A stretch of 64,000 bases of DNA. Source: the human T2T-CHM13v2.0 reference genome, Homo sapiens. Below are positions 26,745 through 41,000 of this stretch, piece after piece. The notes under the pieces are model-generated. The model saw only the letters and a list, made by a program, of their open reading frames with translations. It did no database searches and was not told the DNA's origin. A program made the position numbers and the translations under genes. The stretch is taken from NCBI GenBank assembly GCA_009914755.4, contig CP086569.2, positions 21,600,001 to 21,664,000 on the forward strand, written 5' to 3'. The first letter of the stretch is position 1, and every line of letters starts with the position of its first letter.

Positions 26745-27000
26745 AAATAAGTTTCCCTAAAGATGTCCCTGTCCTAATCTCTGGAACCTGTGACTATGTT
26801 TCCTTATATGGCAAAAGAGACTTTGTAGGTGAAGTTAAGGATGTTTGAGATGAGGACGTTATCCTGGATTATCTGGGTTGGCCCACTGTAACTGCCAGAA
26901 TCCAGGAAAGCAGACTGTCAGCTGCAGAGAACCAGAGAGATAAGAAGGACCTAAACCACTGTTGCTAAGAAGAGGTCATGAGTCAAGGAATGTGGGCTAT
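26745..27000 (+). mobile_element. MaLR (MST/MLT-like) LTR 5' portion.
   Basis: 'ccctaaagatgtccctgtcctaatctctggaacctgtgactatgtttccttatatggcaaaagagactttgtaggtgaagttaaggatgtttgagatgaggacgttatcctggattatctgggttggcccactgtaactgccagaatcc' matches the MaLR LTR start ('..ccccaaagatgtccacgtcctaatccctggaacctgtgaatatgttaccttacatggcaaaagggactttgcagatgtgattaag..'). Confidence 0.65.
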
Positions 27001-27002
27001 AG

Positions 27003-27185
27003 CCAGGCGTGGTCCATACCTGTAGCCCCAGCAAGAGGATTCCTTGAGCCTGGGAGGTTGAGGTTGCAGTGAGCCAAGATGGCACCATCACACTCTAGCA
27101 TGAGTTTCAGAGCAAGAACTTCTGTATTTATTTATTTTTATTTTTTGAGACAGGGTCTCACTCTGTCACCCAGGCTGGAGTTCAC
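27003..27185. mobile_element. Two abutting partial Alus (a forward right-arm piece, then a reverse tail piece).
   Basis: 'agccaggcgtggtccatacctgtagccccagcaagaggattccttgagcctgggaggttgaggttgcagtgagccaagatggcacc' and 'tttattttttgagacagggtctcactctgtcacccaggctggagttcac'. Confidence 0.7.
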
Positions 27186-27299
27186 AATATAGCTGCATTC
27201 TCCATCAGAGTTTATGCGTGGACACTAATTGTTAAGTTTCATGTACACTCACATGCCAGGATTTTTTTTTTCTTTTGATTTCTAAAAACATTTTGAAGC

Positions 27300-27560
27300 A
27301 AGGTGAGGTGGTTCAGGCCTGTAATCCCAAAATTTTAGAATGCGAAGGTGGGAGATCTCTTGAGCTCAAGAGTTGGAAACCAGCCTAGGCAACACAGTGA
27401 TATCCCATTTCTACCAAAAATTTTAAAATTAGCCATGTGTGGTGGTGTGCACCTGTAGTCTCAGCCCAGGAGGTTGAGGCTGAAGTGAACTATGATCCTA
27501 GCCTGGGCAGCAGAATGAGACTCTGTCTCAAAACAAACAAACAAACAAACAAACAAAAAC
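27300..27560 (+). mobile_element. Alu (forward, internally deleted) with a (CAAA)n tail.
   Basis: 'aggtgaggtggttcaggcctgtaatcccaaaattttagaatgcgaaggtgggagatctcttgagctcaagagttggaaaccagcctaggcaac...tctcaaaacaaacaaacaaacaaacaaacaaaaacc'. Confidence 0.8.
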
Positions 27561-27641
27561 CTAATGTGTAAAACCATTCTTAGCTCATGGGCCTTAGAAT
27601 ATGGGCAAGATTTTGTTCATGGGCTGCAGTTTGCACAGCTA

Positions 27642-28118
<477 letters not shown>

Positions 28119-28149
28119 TCAGAAACACAATGAATGGATTTTTAAAGAC

Positions 28150-28810
28150 CGAACCTCACGTGGACAGGAATTTTTACCTACCATTTTGCATGGAAAAATT
28201 ACCTACTCGTTCAGTCCGGTCCCGAGGGAAGCGCCTCTGCTTCCCTTTTCTCTGTGCTTCAAGTGTTCAGAAGCCCAATCCAGCCGGAGGGTGGTGCGCC
28301 ATCACTCAGGCACCGATCTAGTTACAACTCGACTGCCCTATGTCCTCACCTGGGCACTGAGCAGGTCTTAACCCACAGATGGAGCACACACTTACCTAGG
28401 CAGCCAAGCAGCGGCAGCACCCAGGATGCGCTGAGTTGGCCGGGAGGTCCGGGGGAACCAGGGCCTCAGGCTGACAGCAGGGCAGCAGTTGCAGGAGGCT
28501 CAGGGCCAGGCAGAGCTGCCACTGTCCAGTGGCTGAAACATCAGCACGAACTGCCTGGCTGCCTCCCAGAGGGGCAGCAGAAGGTCGCCAGTTTTTGGGA
28601 GGCCACGGACGGGCAGCTCTGTAACCACCCAACAGGTTCATCTTGCCAGCTGCCTAGAGAGAGCTGATTTATCAAGACAGGGGAATTGCAATGGAGAAAG
28701 AGTAATCCATGCAGAGTCAGCTGTGCAGGAAATCTTATTATTACTCAAATGGGTCTCCCCTAGCACTTGTGGATTGGAGTTTAACAAGGATAATTTTGCA
28801 GGTAACGGCT
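28150..28810 (+). mobile_element. GC-rich LTR-like element (possibly an ERV1 LTR12-type solo LTR). The identification is tentative.
   Basis: A GC/CpG-rich block ('ccagccggagggtggtgcgcc', 'gcagcggcagcacccaggatgcgctgagttggccgggaggtccggggg') ends in 'attgcaatggagaaagagtaatccatgcagagtcagctgtgcaggaaatcttattattactcaaatgggtctcccctagcacttgtggattggagtttaacaaggataattttgcagg'. This resembles, from memory, an ERV LTR motif ('..attgcaat.gagaaagagtaat.ca...ttattattactcaaatcagtctcccc..ggataatttggc'). Confidence 0.4.
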
Positions 28811-30002
28811 CTCCTCATGCCTACATATGTATTTGACTAACAGTCTTCTGAAAATGATTCAATCAGAAAAGCCCGTTTTAGTCAGAGAGCACTATTCAGC
28901 ACTGTTATATCTGGAGGAGCGAATGCTTTTTTGGGGGAGAATAATAAAAAAGGAAAATGATGGGGAAAAGAATGGAAAAGTGAGTTGTCTGCCGCAGAGA
29001 GTGGAAGAAACCAGTCCAGTTAAGGTTAAGGGCTCTCCGAGAGCTGTCCAGGACTAGAACTGAAATTGATAGTGCTCTGATGAGGGTAAGAACACCAGAG
29101 CTCTTGTCTCACATTGAATTAGATAAAACAACAGGACACAGGTGGAGTTGTTTTAAGGAGCAGAGAGTTTAATAGGCAAGAAACAAGGAAGAACAAAGAA
29201 GGAAGAAGCTCCCCTGTACAGACACAGAGGGAGGGAGGACTCGAAAGCCAAGAGATGGAACCCAAGTGGGGAGGAAACAAGCCAGGTATACGTAGAGGCT
29301 GGAGGAGGCGGTGTCTGATTTGCACAGGGCACAGTGGATTGGTTTGACAAGGCATGTCATTCACTTAGCCCACGAAAAAGCGGGCCCAACTACTCTAGTC
29401 TTTTAATATGCAAACGAAGGACGCCATGATGTTCTACACACGTGGGGATATGTGGGGGTGGCCATGTTGCCAGGAACATGTAGGGCAAGGGCAGGAGGGC
29501 ACAGGAATTGCCATGTTTGGGTGGACCCAGTTTCTAATGGCCTACATTTGCATATCAAAGTTTGCCAGCCAAGCCCTAAGAGCCAAAGCTCTAAGAGCCC
29601 AGGCTTTGCTTCTAGACAAGAAACATTTCTAGAGCAGCTTTAATAGAAATGAAAACTTTTCCTCTCTATTTGCCTAAAATAATTTCTTAATAACTCCTAC
29701 CACAAAAGCAGCAAAGGGACCTAAGTAATGGCAAAAGGAGTCTAGGAGTCTCAGAATAGAAGAGGTGAATACTAGTACAGAGCAAACAGTGTGGAGTTCA
29801 GATCTATTCCAGCCTGCTGTCTTGCTAGCTGGCACATACAGTGCCTATAGACTTGAATCAAGGAATTGAATGCAAAGACAAACAAAACATAACAACAAAA
29901 ACATTTTAGGCACTGTTACGCGCTTACAAATTGGTAAAAATGGTCGATGTTACTGTGTTGTGTTCTCTCTACAGTTAAAGGAAAAAGAAAAGAAAAGCTG
30001 GA

Positions 30003-30348
<346 letters not shown>

Positions 30349-31289
30349 TCAGCACTGTGGGAGGCTGAGGTGGGAGGAACACTCAACCCCCGGAAAGTCG
30401 AGGCTGCCGGGACCTGAGATGGCGCCCCTGCCCTCCACCCGGTGCGACAGAGCCAGACCCTGCCACATTCAAAAACACAATAAAAGAAAGAAAGAAAAGG
30501 AAAAGAAAAAGAAAAAGAAAAGAAATACCTAGAAAATAACACAAGGAAATTTTTGATGGTGATGGAGATGTTTATTACCTCGATTGTGATGATGGTTCCG
30601 TGGGTTTACGCCTATGTCCGAACTCGTCAAACGGTACAGATTAAGGAAGTCCATTTGGCTGGTTGTGTTTTGTATAGCAATTCCACCTCAATAAAGCTGT
30701 GACATCACACACATGCGAGCGTGGTACAACTTACATAGCCGAGTTCACCTTTTTAAAAGTGAATTGTTTTGGAGGTTTTAGGGACATGCACAGAGTTGTG
30801 CAACCATCACCTCAAGTTAATGCAAAACAAGGTATTGAACTTACAATTCACGTCCCATAAAACCTACCCTTTCAAAGTTGACAATACAGACGATTTTAAT
30901 ACATTCTCAAACCTGTGAAATTGGCCCTAATTCAGAAAAACGAATTGTTTCTTAAATCATGATTTTACAATACAACATGTCACAGTCACAAGGAATCATA
31001 CAGGTTATTTCTTAACGATTGGCTTTTTTTTTTTTAAGGCGGCTAAATCCTGCTCCTTCAGAGCTTCTGTTAAATATTTTTAAAGTTGGCGAAAGATAAT
31101 TTTTAGAGTGTAAACTGCGTCCTCCCAGCTTAGCCGACCTGAGGGGAGGAAGCACAACAAAAAGTCCCGTGGCATAACTGACACCTATGAATCAGTATCA
31201 GAAACTGAATATGCTAAGAAACTCAGTTCCGAGCTGTGACCTCTACAACGGAAGAATAATAGGTTGGTTACCCGAGGCGGAATCTGGAA

Positions 31290-31680
31290 CTGAAATTCTC
31301 ACTCATTTGACTTCCCGCTGTTTATCACCGCAGATTACGGTTGCACCGTAAAAGGAGAGGTTCTGTTCCGTCGCGGGATTTCGCCATGGTAAGACGTCTG
31401 CGTCCTAGCTCCGGATTTATCTGCCTCCATCCTTTGAAGAAGGGCCTTCCATCTTGGCAAGCTTTTACTTTTCGGGTACCGCTGCTTGGCGGGTGGGAAT
31501 GCTGCTGGTGCTGCTTCAGGAAACCCGATTTGGAGAGCGGAGGTCTGAGAAGAGTGCGGCTGGGGGTTCCGGGCTGGCCCTTGTGCTCGGCCTGGGCGCC
31601 GGTGGTGCTGTTGGCACGTGAGTCTTGTTAGGAATAAGCTTCCTCGGCTAACCTTACAAGTCCACCCTTGACTCCGCAGC
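31290..31680 (+). promoter_or_regulatory. CpG-rich promoter / 5' end of the RPS4Y-family gene. The TSS is presumed to lie in the pyrimidine-rich 'ttctgttccgtcgcg' just upstream of the ATG. The 5'UTR is short.
   Basis: There is a high CpG density around exon 1 (cgtcgcggg, cgtctgcgtcc, ccggattt, ggcgcc, etc.). Ribosomal protein genes are known to be TATA-less with TOP-type starts. Confidence 0.55.
31386..31388 (+). CDS. RPS4Y2: RPS4Y-family exon 1. It consists of the 5'UTR plus the initiator ATG only (ATG|gtaaga), the conserved RPS4 architecture.
   Basis: 'tcgccATGgtaagacg'. The paralog assignment of RPS4Y2 versus RPS4Y1 is tentative. Confidence 0.8.
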
Positions 31681-31849
31681 CCAGCACTGGCTTTTTACGC
31701 GGGTTAGCTTATATCCATACGTTGAAGCAGTCTCAGATTCGCTTGGAGAGCACTGTGGACGCTGTCTTGACAGACGCCAGAGAGACTCGTGAGGTTGTCA
31801 AAGGTCTGGGAGTTTTGCGGGGTTTGTTCTGGAGTCTGGCAGGAAGTAA

Positions 31850-32287
<438 letters not shown>

Positions 32288-32662
32288 TGACCTCAACTTT
32301 GAGCACTATTGTGGTCCATAATGTCGCTGAGAACCTGGGCTTGCCATCTTTTAGTAACTATTGAGAGCCTAATACATGCCAGGTGTTGTTATGTGGGCCC
32401 ACCCTTAAGGATATGTCCGGGTACAAAATGGTTGGACAACAAAATCTATCCCTCTTTCTTGTTGAAGCTTACATCCTGCTGGGAGGAGAGGGAAGTTACA
32501 GTATGTTCACAGGTGCTGAAGGCTGGGGGGAGAAAAAAGTAGGGCTGTTGGAAGGATCAATGGGGTTTTGAGCACTGCAGTTTTAAAGAGTGTGAAATAA
32601 AGAAGCCTCTTACAGAAGAACAGAAAGACATAAGTGAGTGAACTATTGGACATGTTTGGGGT

Positions 32663-32953
32663 TTTTTTTTTTTTTTTTTTTGAAACTGAGTCTTGGCTTG
32701 TCACCAGGCTGGAGTGCTGTGGCATGATCTTAGCTCACTGCAACCTCTGCCTCCGGGTTCAAGCGATTCTCATGCCTCAGCCTCCCCAGTAGCTGGGATC
32801 TTTTAGTCACCACGCCGATCTAAATTTTGTATTTTTAGTAGATACCAAGTTTCACCCTGTTGGCCAAGATGTTCTCAATTTCCTGACCTTCTGATCCACC
32901 CGCTGGTGGCCACTCCCACAGTGCTGGGATTATAAGCATTAGCCATGGCGCCC
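32663..32953 (-). mobile_element. Full-length Alu (reverse) in RPS4Y-family intron 2.
   Basis: Poly-T(~29), then 'gaaactgagtcttggcttgtcaccaggctggagtgctgtggcatgatcttagctcactgcaacctctgcctccgggttcaagcgattctc'. Confidence 0.9.
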
Positions 32954-33942
32954 CTCATATTTTCAAAAGAGCTGTTAGGCTGCTGTGTTGTGATTTATTC
33001 AAATTGTGTTATATCATGAACCCATTTCTTGAGGCTTGTGCTCTCAAGGATTAAAAATGCCAACAGCAACAACAAAACACCAGGATGTCAAGTCCTGGTG
33101 GTCTCTTTTGCTGTTTGAGCTCTCCACTTTAGAGGGCACTTCCTGAACCCAGACCTGAGGGGATTAATGAATGTGCTAAATTCCAGATAAGAAAGGGTTC
33201 AGTGACAGTGCACTGAGTCCCCATTAATAATAAAATGTATTTAATTTGAAGTTACCCTTTGTTTCAGAGGGTGGAGTAGCTGCTGTTTACATTGAGCCCA
33301 AGATACGGTTTTAACAGTAACGGCTACTGGGGTCCATGCAACACAGGCAAGAAATTGCGTGAGAAATGCAGGAGTCTCTTGAACTCAACCTTGAAGACCT
33401 GGCAGGATGAGGACAGTATGCCCAGAGGCAAAGGAGGCAAGCATCTGACAAGAGGCGGACTAGGCAGTTTCCACATTGGTGGTGTGGTAACAATGGGAGA
33501 GAGGGGTTGAAGCCATAAGAAAGTCTTGGGTCTTCTGAGACAGAAAGGGAGCCAGTGTGAAGAAGCAGACAGAAGCGAGGTGATTAAGATGCCAAAAGTT
33601 TTGTTGGGCAGGAATAAACATAGGGCATCTAAGAGAAAATAATGCAGCCCTGAGGGTCCACATCCACATAATAGGCACTTGGTAACTAACTTGATAGATT
33701 ACGTAGCCTTTTCTTGGGACTTAGAACTCTGAACACTGAGTAGCAGAAATTTGTCTTCCTTGTCTTGGCATTTTCGGAGAGAACATGGACTCTGTGTTGT
33801 TTGCAGAGCTGGATTTGCAAACTTTCCGTGTCAGTTTCTGCTTCCAAGTCTTATCTCTGCTACTGCCCCCTAGTGTCTGACCTCCCAGGTTGGGCCCCTG
33901 TTCCCTCTATTGTTAAGTGGATGAGCAAGGCACTCTCTCTCT

Positions 33943-34246
33943 TTTTTTTTTTTTTTTTTTTTTTTTTGAGACGGAGTTTCAGTCTTGTTTCCCAGGCTGG
34001 AATGCAATGGCACAATCATGGCTCACTGCAACATCCGCCTCCTGGATTCAAGTGATTCTGCTGCCTCGGCCTCCCAAGTAGCTGAGATCACAGGCATGTA
34101 CCACCAAGCCCAGCTGATTTTGTATTTTTAGTAAAGATGGGGTTTCTCCACATTGGTCAGGCTGGGTCAAACTCCTGACCTCAGGTGATCTGCTTACCTT
34201 GGCCTTTTAAAGTGCTGGGATTACAGGGGTGAGCCGCTGCACCTGG
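33943..34246 (-). mobile_element. Full-length Alu (reverse) in intron 2.
   Basis: Poly-T(~33), then 'gagacggagtttcagtcttgtttcccaggctggaatgcaatggcacaatcatggctcactgcaac...gctgggattacaggggtgagccgctgcacctgg'. Confidence 0.9.
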
Positions 34247-35066
34247 TCAAGGCACTCTTTTTAAGAAGACTTGCTGGGAACTTAGTCCTCAGTCTTCTGG
34301 GCTCCACTCTTTTCCCCATGGCGTCGATGGAAGTGTGTGGTTAATGATTGAGTCCATTTTAAGAGGGATAAAGCTAAATAGGCATCTGTAGAAGGAGCTT
34401 TAAGAACAGCCTTCATTAGAAAGGATTCCTGTGTGGCCTCAGCTTAAGAGATAATTGAGGAGTGGAGTTAAAGGCAATACAGCCCCAGAGCTTGAGACCT
34501 TTACAGGTACTGGTAGCAAATAGCCAAAGGATGGTATAACACTAAAACTGCAAAAGTATAGGTTATAGGATTTATTGGAGTGGGAATTTGATGACACTTA
34601 AGCTGGTGGCAAGCAGCCAAGAAAGGGAAGAGCACACAGTCTGTGTTAAGAGGTGGTCCAGCAATATCGGCAGGGCTTGTGTGGGACTTTGAGGCCTAGA
34701 ATGGTGAGAAAGTAGTAGAATATGTCTTCGTAGGTTGTGGGTAAAGCGTAACCTACACCTGAGATACATGGGATGTAGTATTGTATTGAAGGGAGGTTTG
34801 AAGAGGCAGTACCAGTGCTGGTGGTGCTTGGGGCAGGGCAAAATGGGGAGATGGTTGTGAGACTGGATTTGTGAAACAAAGGGGCACAAAAAGAGACTTC
34901 CATAGTTGGGGTTGTGACCTTCCTAACAAGACAGACCTCTCTAAATTGATGAAATAATTGCCCTCTTATATTCCTCTTCCCCAACTAGTTAAGTTCAGCT
35001 AATGCTGAACTAAGGCAAGTCATCTACTCAATCTGGTTATGTAAGGGGCGGATCTTGAGAGATTAG

Positions 35067-35309
<243 letters not shown>

Positions 35310-36506
35310 TGAGAGAAAAACAAGGTGTGAGGCTTACATGTTGCCAACGATAAGCAAAACCCAACACTGAACTTTGATTTCTACATGAGTTACTGCTGGT
35401 CATTTCAGAAGGAGAATGAGGGATAGGGAGAGCGTGGCAAGGCACAAGTGAAAAGCTGGAAAGGGGTTGGTAATGTAATGGGATGAGATCAGCAGTGGCT
35501 GCTAGCTGGTGGTTATCGAAGTTTGGTTCCTACCCTCCCAACAGAGACTGGGAGACAGAGAAGCTGTCCTCAGGTGTTGGCTGGAAAAAACAGTAAATTC
35601 TTTTGGTTAGTCTTGAGTTTGTCAGGCAGGCACTTTGAAGGGGTCTGGGCTCATCTTGAGTTTTTAGAAGCCATGTTAGTGGTTCAGATCTTCATAGCCA
35701 AGGCTGAAGCTCAGCCAAGAAGAGGGCTTAGAGGAGTCTGGCTAATGACTGGTCAAGGAGAGAGAATCTTTGTCAGTGAACAGGGTTTTGGCCCTGTCTT
35801 CCCACTTTCTCTGTTGATGACCTAACCATGCTGGATCTCCAAGGATGCATTTGCACCTTGGTGGGAGAGGAGAGTGGAGAAGGGAGAGAAGGGTCACACT
35901 CGTCTAGGGAAAAAGTGTCCTGAGAAGGATGGTAGGGAAAGGCACTGAGGAATTCTGACCTAGTGGTTTGTTCTCTCTTTCTTTCATGGCGACAGGCTCA
36001 ATACTTTTTTTTTTTTCTTCATTTTGTATTTTGCTTTCTTTCTTAAAACTCCAAGTCCCAAGCAAGGCAGGACTCCTGATAAGGGAAGTCAGAGTCGTGG
36101 CGGGGGGTGCCAAGCCATTGACCGGGCAACCTGCAGAGCCTTGAGCCTTGTCTGCTTAAATGTGAGGACTGCTTGTTCATTTGGTTTTCTGGTGTGTGTG
36201 GGTATGCTTATGTGTGTTTTCTCCTCAGCATCCTGAGTGCATTAACCCAGAACACAGTCTCAAGCAGCCGTTGCACAATAACATAGAAAGTGGTAGAGTA
36301 GCCATATATATAGACATTTCCTTTTGTTGGATGATATTTACTGGGACAGGACCGGGGTTGGTTGGTTTCATTCAAGCACCCCCATCAAGCGCTGGGGACC
36401 CCTACGCTGCTAAAATGTTCTCACATTCAGCTTGGCACAGAGAGCTCCAGCTGTGCAGGCCAAAGAAACTGCATTAATAATGTTCCTTATACTTGTTTGT
36501 GATCAG

Positions 36507-36604
36507 ATGTCATCAGCATTGAGAAAACAGGTGAGCATTTCCGCCTGGTCTATAATACCAAGGGCTGTTTTGCTGTTCATCGTATCACAGTGGAAGAGGC
36601 AAAG
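36507..36604 (+). CDS. RPS4Y2: RPS4Y-family exon 4: (D)[32 protein letters not shown].
   Basis: Acceptor tgtgatcag| at 36504-36506. Donor aag|gtaagt at 36605. Y-type [11 protein letters not shown] and ITVEE. Unusual D->N and R->C in 'YNTKGCF'. Confidence 0.92.
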
Positions 36605-36661
36605 GTAAGTGAGCTTTATAATTTCCAGACAGATAGGTCTGTTGCTAAGGTTCTCAGACGG

Positions 36662-36765
36662 CATTTAAGCCATATTCTGGGAATAGTGCCTATCTCTGCC
36701 TGTTTGTCCGGGCATTTAAGCCATATTCTGGGAATAGTGCCTATCTCTGCCTATTTGTCTGGTTG
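36662..36765. repeat. 52-bp tandem duplication (2 copies, ~4 mismatches) in intron 4, starting 58 nt downstream of the exon 4 donor.
   Basis: 'catttaagccatattctgggaatagtgcctatctctgcctgtttgtccgggc' / 'catttaagccatattctgggaatagtgcctatctctgcctatttgtctggtt'. Confidence 0.95.
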
Positions 36766-37792
36766 TTCAATTCAGGCACGTAGGTCTACCAACACTGATA
36801 CAAGGCAGTGGATTTTCCAGACGAGGCTGTTTAGAAACAGCGTACAGAGTAAGCAGTTCTCTGAGGGACAAGATGTTTCTGTATAGGAAAAGTCTGGTAT
36901 TGGAACCAGGAAGGCCTGGGTAAGAATCCAGACCCTGTCATTGATTAATTATGTAACCGTAGGCAACAGTATGTAGAACCTTTTGTGAGCCTTCATTTTC
37001 TCTGTAAGTGGTGATAATATGCTTTCTTGCCAGGTTTCTGTGACTGTTAGCAGCAGTGGTGCCTCGCACTTGCTAGACATAGAAGATTGTTGACTTCCTG
37101 AAGTCTGCCTCAACCGTTAAACTCCCCCTTCTCCAAATTTAATGGCCAAAGTCAGTACCATCGGGGAAACTTTTCAAGGAAGTTCCTTTCCGTGTGGACA
37201 GCACCTGCCTTTTTTCTGTGTAGGGAACACCTCTTTGGAAACCAGGATCACCCCTCAGTCATCCATTCCTCTTTTCCCTGGATTTAAGGTCATGGGGTGA
37301 CTTCTTCCTTATTTCTCACATAACCCAATCACCTGTACAGTGACCAAATGCCACCTAAATATGAGACACATTCTATAGATGAATTTCAATGTTTTATCAG
37401 ACATTGTTTCCACTTTGTTTAATCAGCTTGCCTTTTTCTCAGTTATTTCTTTGGGGGAAACACATTGGAGTCCCTATAGGAATTCACAAATACTTTCATA
37501 TCTGGGTAGTTTCTTAATTGATCAGTTGTTGGTTGTTTTTAACTTCTTTGGTAGTGTCCCTTGATGCAGTGTCCCTTCTGTTTTTGTGGATTGTTCCCAC
37601 AATGAGGTGCTTTGTTTTAGGTGGTAGGAACTAGGTCTAGTGTCCTGGAGAGTGTTCAGTTGCCCAGGGTGTTGGATCCTGTTGTGTCTAAAAGCTAGAA
37701 AGCACAGGGAAATCTCAAATCTGATGACTGGTTTCTGCTTTTGTAAGGAATTTGGATCTCAAGAGACAATGCAGATTGGTAGTCCCTGTGAA

Positions 37793-38081
37793 TTTTTTTT
37801 TTTTTTTGACTGAGTCTCACTCTGTCGCCCAGACTGGAGTGCAGTGGTGCCATCTCGGCTCGCTGCAACCTCCGCCTCCTGGGTTCATACTAATCTGCCT
37901 CGGCATCCCAAGTAGCTGGGACTACAGGCATGTGCCACCCCTCCCGGCTAATTTTTATATTTTTAGTAGACATGGGGTTTCACCATATTGGCCAGGCTGG
38001 TTTTGAACTCCTGACCTCGTAATCCACCTGCCTGGGCCTTCCAAAGTGCTGGGATTACAGGCATAAACCACCACACGCAGC
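37793..38081 (-). mobile_element. Full-length Alu (reverse) in intron 4.
   Basis: 'tttttttttttttgactgagtctcactctgtcgcccagactggagtgcagtggtgccatctcggctcgctgcaacctccgcctcctgggttca...gctgggattacaggcataaaccaccacacgcagcc'. Confidence 0.9.
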
Positions 38082-41000
38082 CGTTGCTGTGAATTTTTAA
38101 ATGGGGAGAGATGGAGTAGGAGAAGGAGATACTGGAGAGTTGTTAATACCTAGTACTGGTTCTACTACATTGGCCAGTCACCATGTGAAAAGCTTGTGTC
38201 CAGGTGAGTATCACATCGTAGCCACAGGTGCCAAATGCCTATTCTGGGTTTGGGTTAGAGTAAGGACCTTATCTTTGTGCAAGAGATAAGAGATTTGGGG
38301 AAGTTTTGGTTGAGCTTATTTGTTGGCTGGTTGTTTCTTTCGATAGCTAGAAAGGTAGCATTCCCTGTCACACCCCAGCCAGCATGTCTAGAGCCACAGG
38401 TTGAAGGGCACAGTGACTTCAGAGTGGAGAGTGGTGGGCTCCTTGGATTTCAGTGTATCAGGGACACACCACGGAGCCTTTTTATGCAGATTACTAGTCC
38501 ACCAGGTAGCACAGGTTAGTGGAGAGACAGAACATCCAAACGGCCCTCCACCCTTGAAATTAAAACTAGAAAAGGGATATTTTATGGGTCTTGAGAAAAC
38601 AGCCTTATAGATTTCAGACATAATTTTTCCCTTTAACAACTTGGTATTAGTTGAGGACCACAGAAATGGGAGTCATTAGATTTAAGGATGGGAGATGAGG
38701 TTTTTGTTTTGTTGTTGTTGTTGTTTTGTGATTGCCACTACAGTGGATGGGAGAAAAGGAAAGATTTTGGGTGAGCCCGTGATGAGCCTGCACATGAGTA
38801 ATGGGAACTGAGGCAGTACCTGTTCCCATTGCAAGTTGGGGTAGAGGACACAAGTATCACCTGGGAGATGGCAAAGGAGACAAAGGGTTTAGTGTATGCA
38901 TCCCCTGCTGTGGTAGAGGGGAAGAAGATGTGGGACAGGGTGACTGAGTATTTGGTGGTAGGGTAAGGAGATGGTAGCTGCAGATCTTCATGAAATACAT
39001 GGATGCTTGAGAGAGTTGTGGAAGGACAGTACATTAATGCTTTGGGTTCAGCTTGCGTTGGAACTTTCAAGTAGATGATAGAAGGAAGTAGATGCTGACT
39101 GAAATAGAGGACTGAAACACTGCTCAGATGAGTTACAATAGAGGCTGAATAGTTGGCACAGAATCCTCATTGACTTTGGGCAGCTTGTATTCAATGATGG
39201 ATGTGCATGGGGAGAGAGAGATTTCATAATGCAGAGGGTTTATGAACAGGATCTAGGTGGTGCAGGTTCTGTTTCCTGAAAAGTAGAAAACACTGGTTAA
39301 AGAAATCAGAAAGAGGAAGTCAGAGAGTAACCAACCGGAGATGTGTTTGTGGATTGTCATTCTTGAAAATTGAGAAGACTGAACCTCATAAAGGTGGCAG
39401 TTATACCCAAAGTAGAAGATAGATGGTGGTAAATAGAGGTAACTTTGTTAAGAGGGAGTTTCTTTTAAGATAAGAGGCGATGTTTCCCCCTTTTTTTTTT
39501 TTTACACAATTGGAGTCTGGTGCAAAAGGAGGTAGTGGTCAAGACCATGAATGTGGAGACTAGTGCTTTTGTGGTGGGCAAGGAAAAAGACTGGCGGACA
39601 GGATAGGCAGTTGAAGTTTCAGAAAAGATGGAACCTGGGCAATTGCATTTGTTTGTTTCTAAGGGAGGCCAGGTAGGGAAGGATTTCAGACTGGTTTGTG
39701 TGGGTGTTATTCAAAGGGCAGTGGAAACTTGAAGCGAACAGTTCTTTAATCTGCAGTTCGAGAGGGACAGGGTAGAATGCTTTCAGTGGAGCCTCACATT
39801 TGACATTCACTTTGGAGAATGACCAGGGGCCTCACCTTGCAGTCCAGGTTGTATGGAAAGGGTGTTGATGGGGTAGGCATGTTGTAATAGGTGGTGATGT
39901 GATTACAAATCATTGCTCGTCAAGATTGCTGAGCAGACAGGCAGCAGAGTTGAGGTTTTCTTTTGGTAGGGTGCTGTACGACAGCTACAAATAGTCTTTT
40001 TCTCCAAATTTCTTTTAAAAACAATAATTAAATTTAAAAAATTGAGTAGTTTTTTAGATTCAAGTAGTTTTTGGGTTACACAGTGGTGAATTTTGAGATA
40101 TTAGTGCGCCTGTCACCCTAGTAGTGTGTGACTGTACGTAACCTAATGTACAGTTATTTTTATTCCTGGCCCCCTCCCAAGTCTCTGAAGCCCATTATAT
40201 CATTTGTATGCTTTTGCATACTCATAGCGTAGCTCCCACTTACAATCGAGAACCTAAGAGTTTTGATTTTTTCCACTCCTGTGTTAGTTCACTTAGAATA
40301 ATGGCTTCCAGCTCCATTCAAATTGCTGCAAAAGATGTTTCGTTCATTGTTGGGTGGGGTCAGAAGATGATGGGGGAGTCACATCTTTAAAATCTGAAGG
40401 CAGTCTTTTCAGTTGTGGGGCAAAGGAAAAGTGATTGGTTTTTTGCAGATGGTTGAGGCTACCCCTCTGGTACAAGGTTTACTCAGCTGGAAGTTCCCCT
40501 CATGAAATGTCCAGCCATACCCTTAGTGAAGCTCTAGTTTCCTGGCAGGATGGGCCTCTACTAAGCAAGACGACCCCAGATCTGAATCCTGAGCTGTCTT
40601 GGCCACATGAAGGTTTGGTGCTTAGGTAATAAAGTTGTTTGAGGTGAATATGAGGAAAGCCTGCCATGGTGTTGTCTTTTGCAGGAGCACTTCTCTTAAT
40701 AAAAGTGTTTAGAAGTTTTTAGCCTGTCTTAGTCCTGGTCTTAAAAGTACTGCAAACTCGGTCAGTCAGCTCTGTATAAAGGTTAGACAGAATTGTTACC
40801 TGTTAATGTACTAGCATGCTTACAGGCATTTTACTCAGTTATGGATAGTTACTGAGTGTCATCTGTGTTTCAGTCAAGTTACCTGTGGATGCTTCAAGGA
40901 CTGACATGCATCATGAAGCTTGGGTTAATGGTTCCAGAGTGAACCTCAGAGGATGGAGGGAGGCCACTTGGAACTGGTAGCACCTTTAAAGGGAGAGGCC

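Noticed and set aside
36540-36560. Donor-like 'caggtgagc' (36528-36536) and 'gatgaggtaaag' (35182-35193) motifs inside RPS4 exons 4 and 3.
   Set aside because: They lie within perfectly conserved S4 coding sequence. Using them would break the ORF, so they are coding and not real splice sites.
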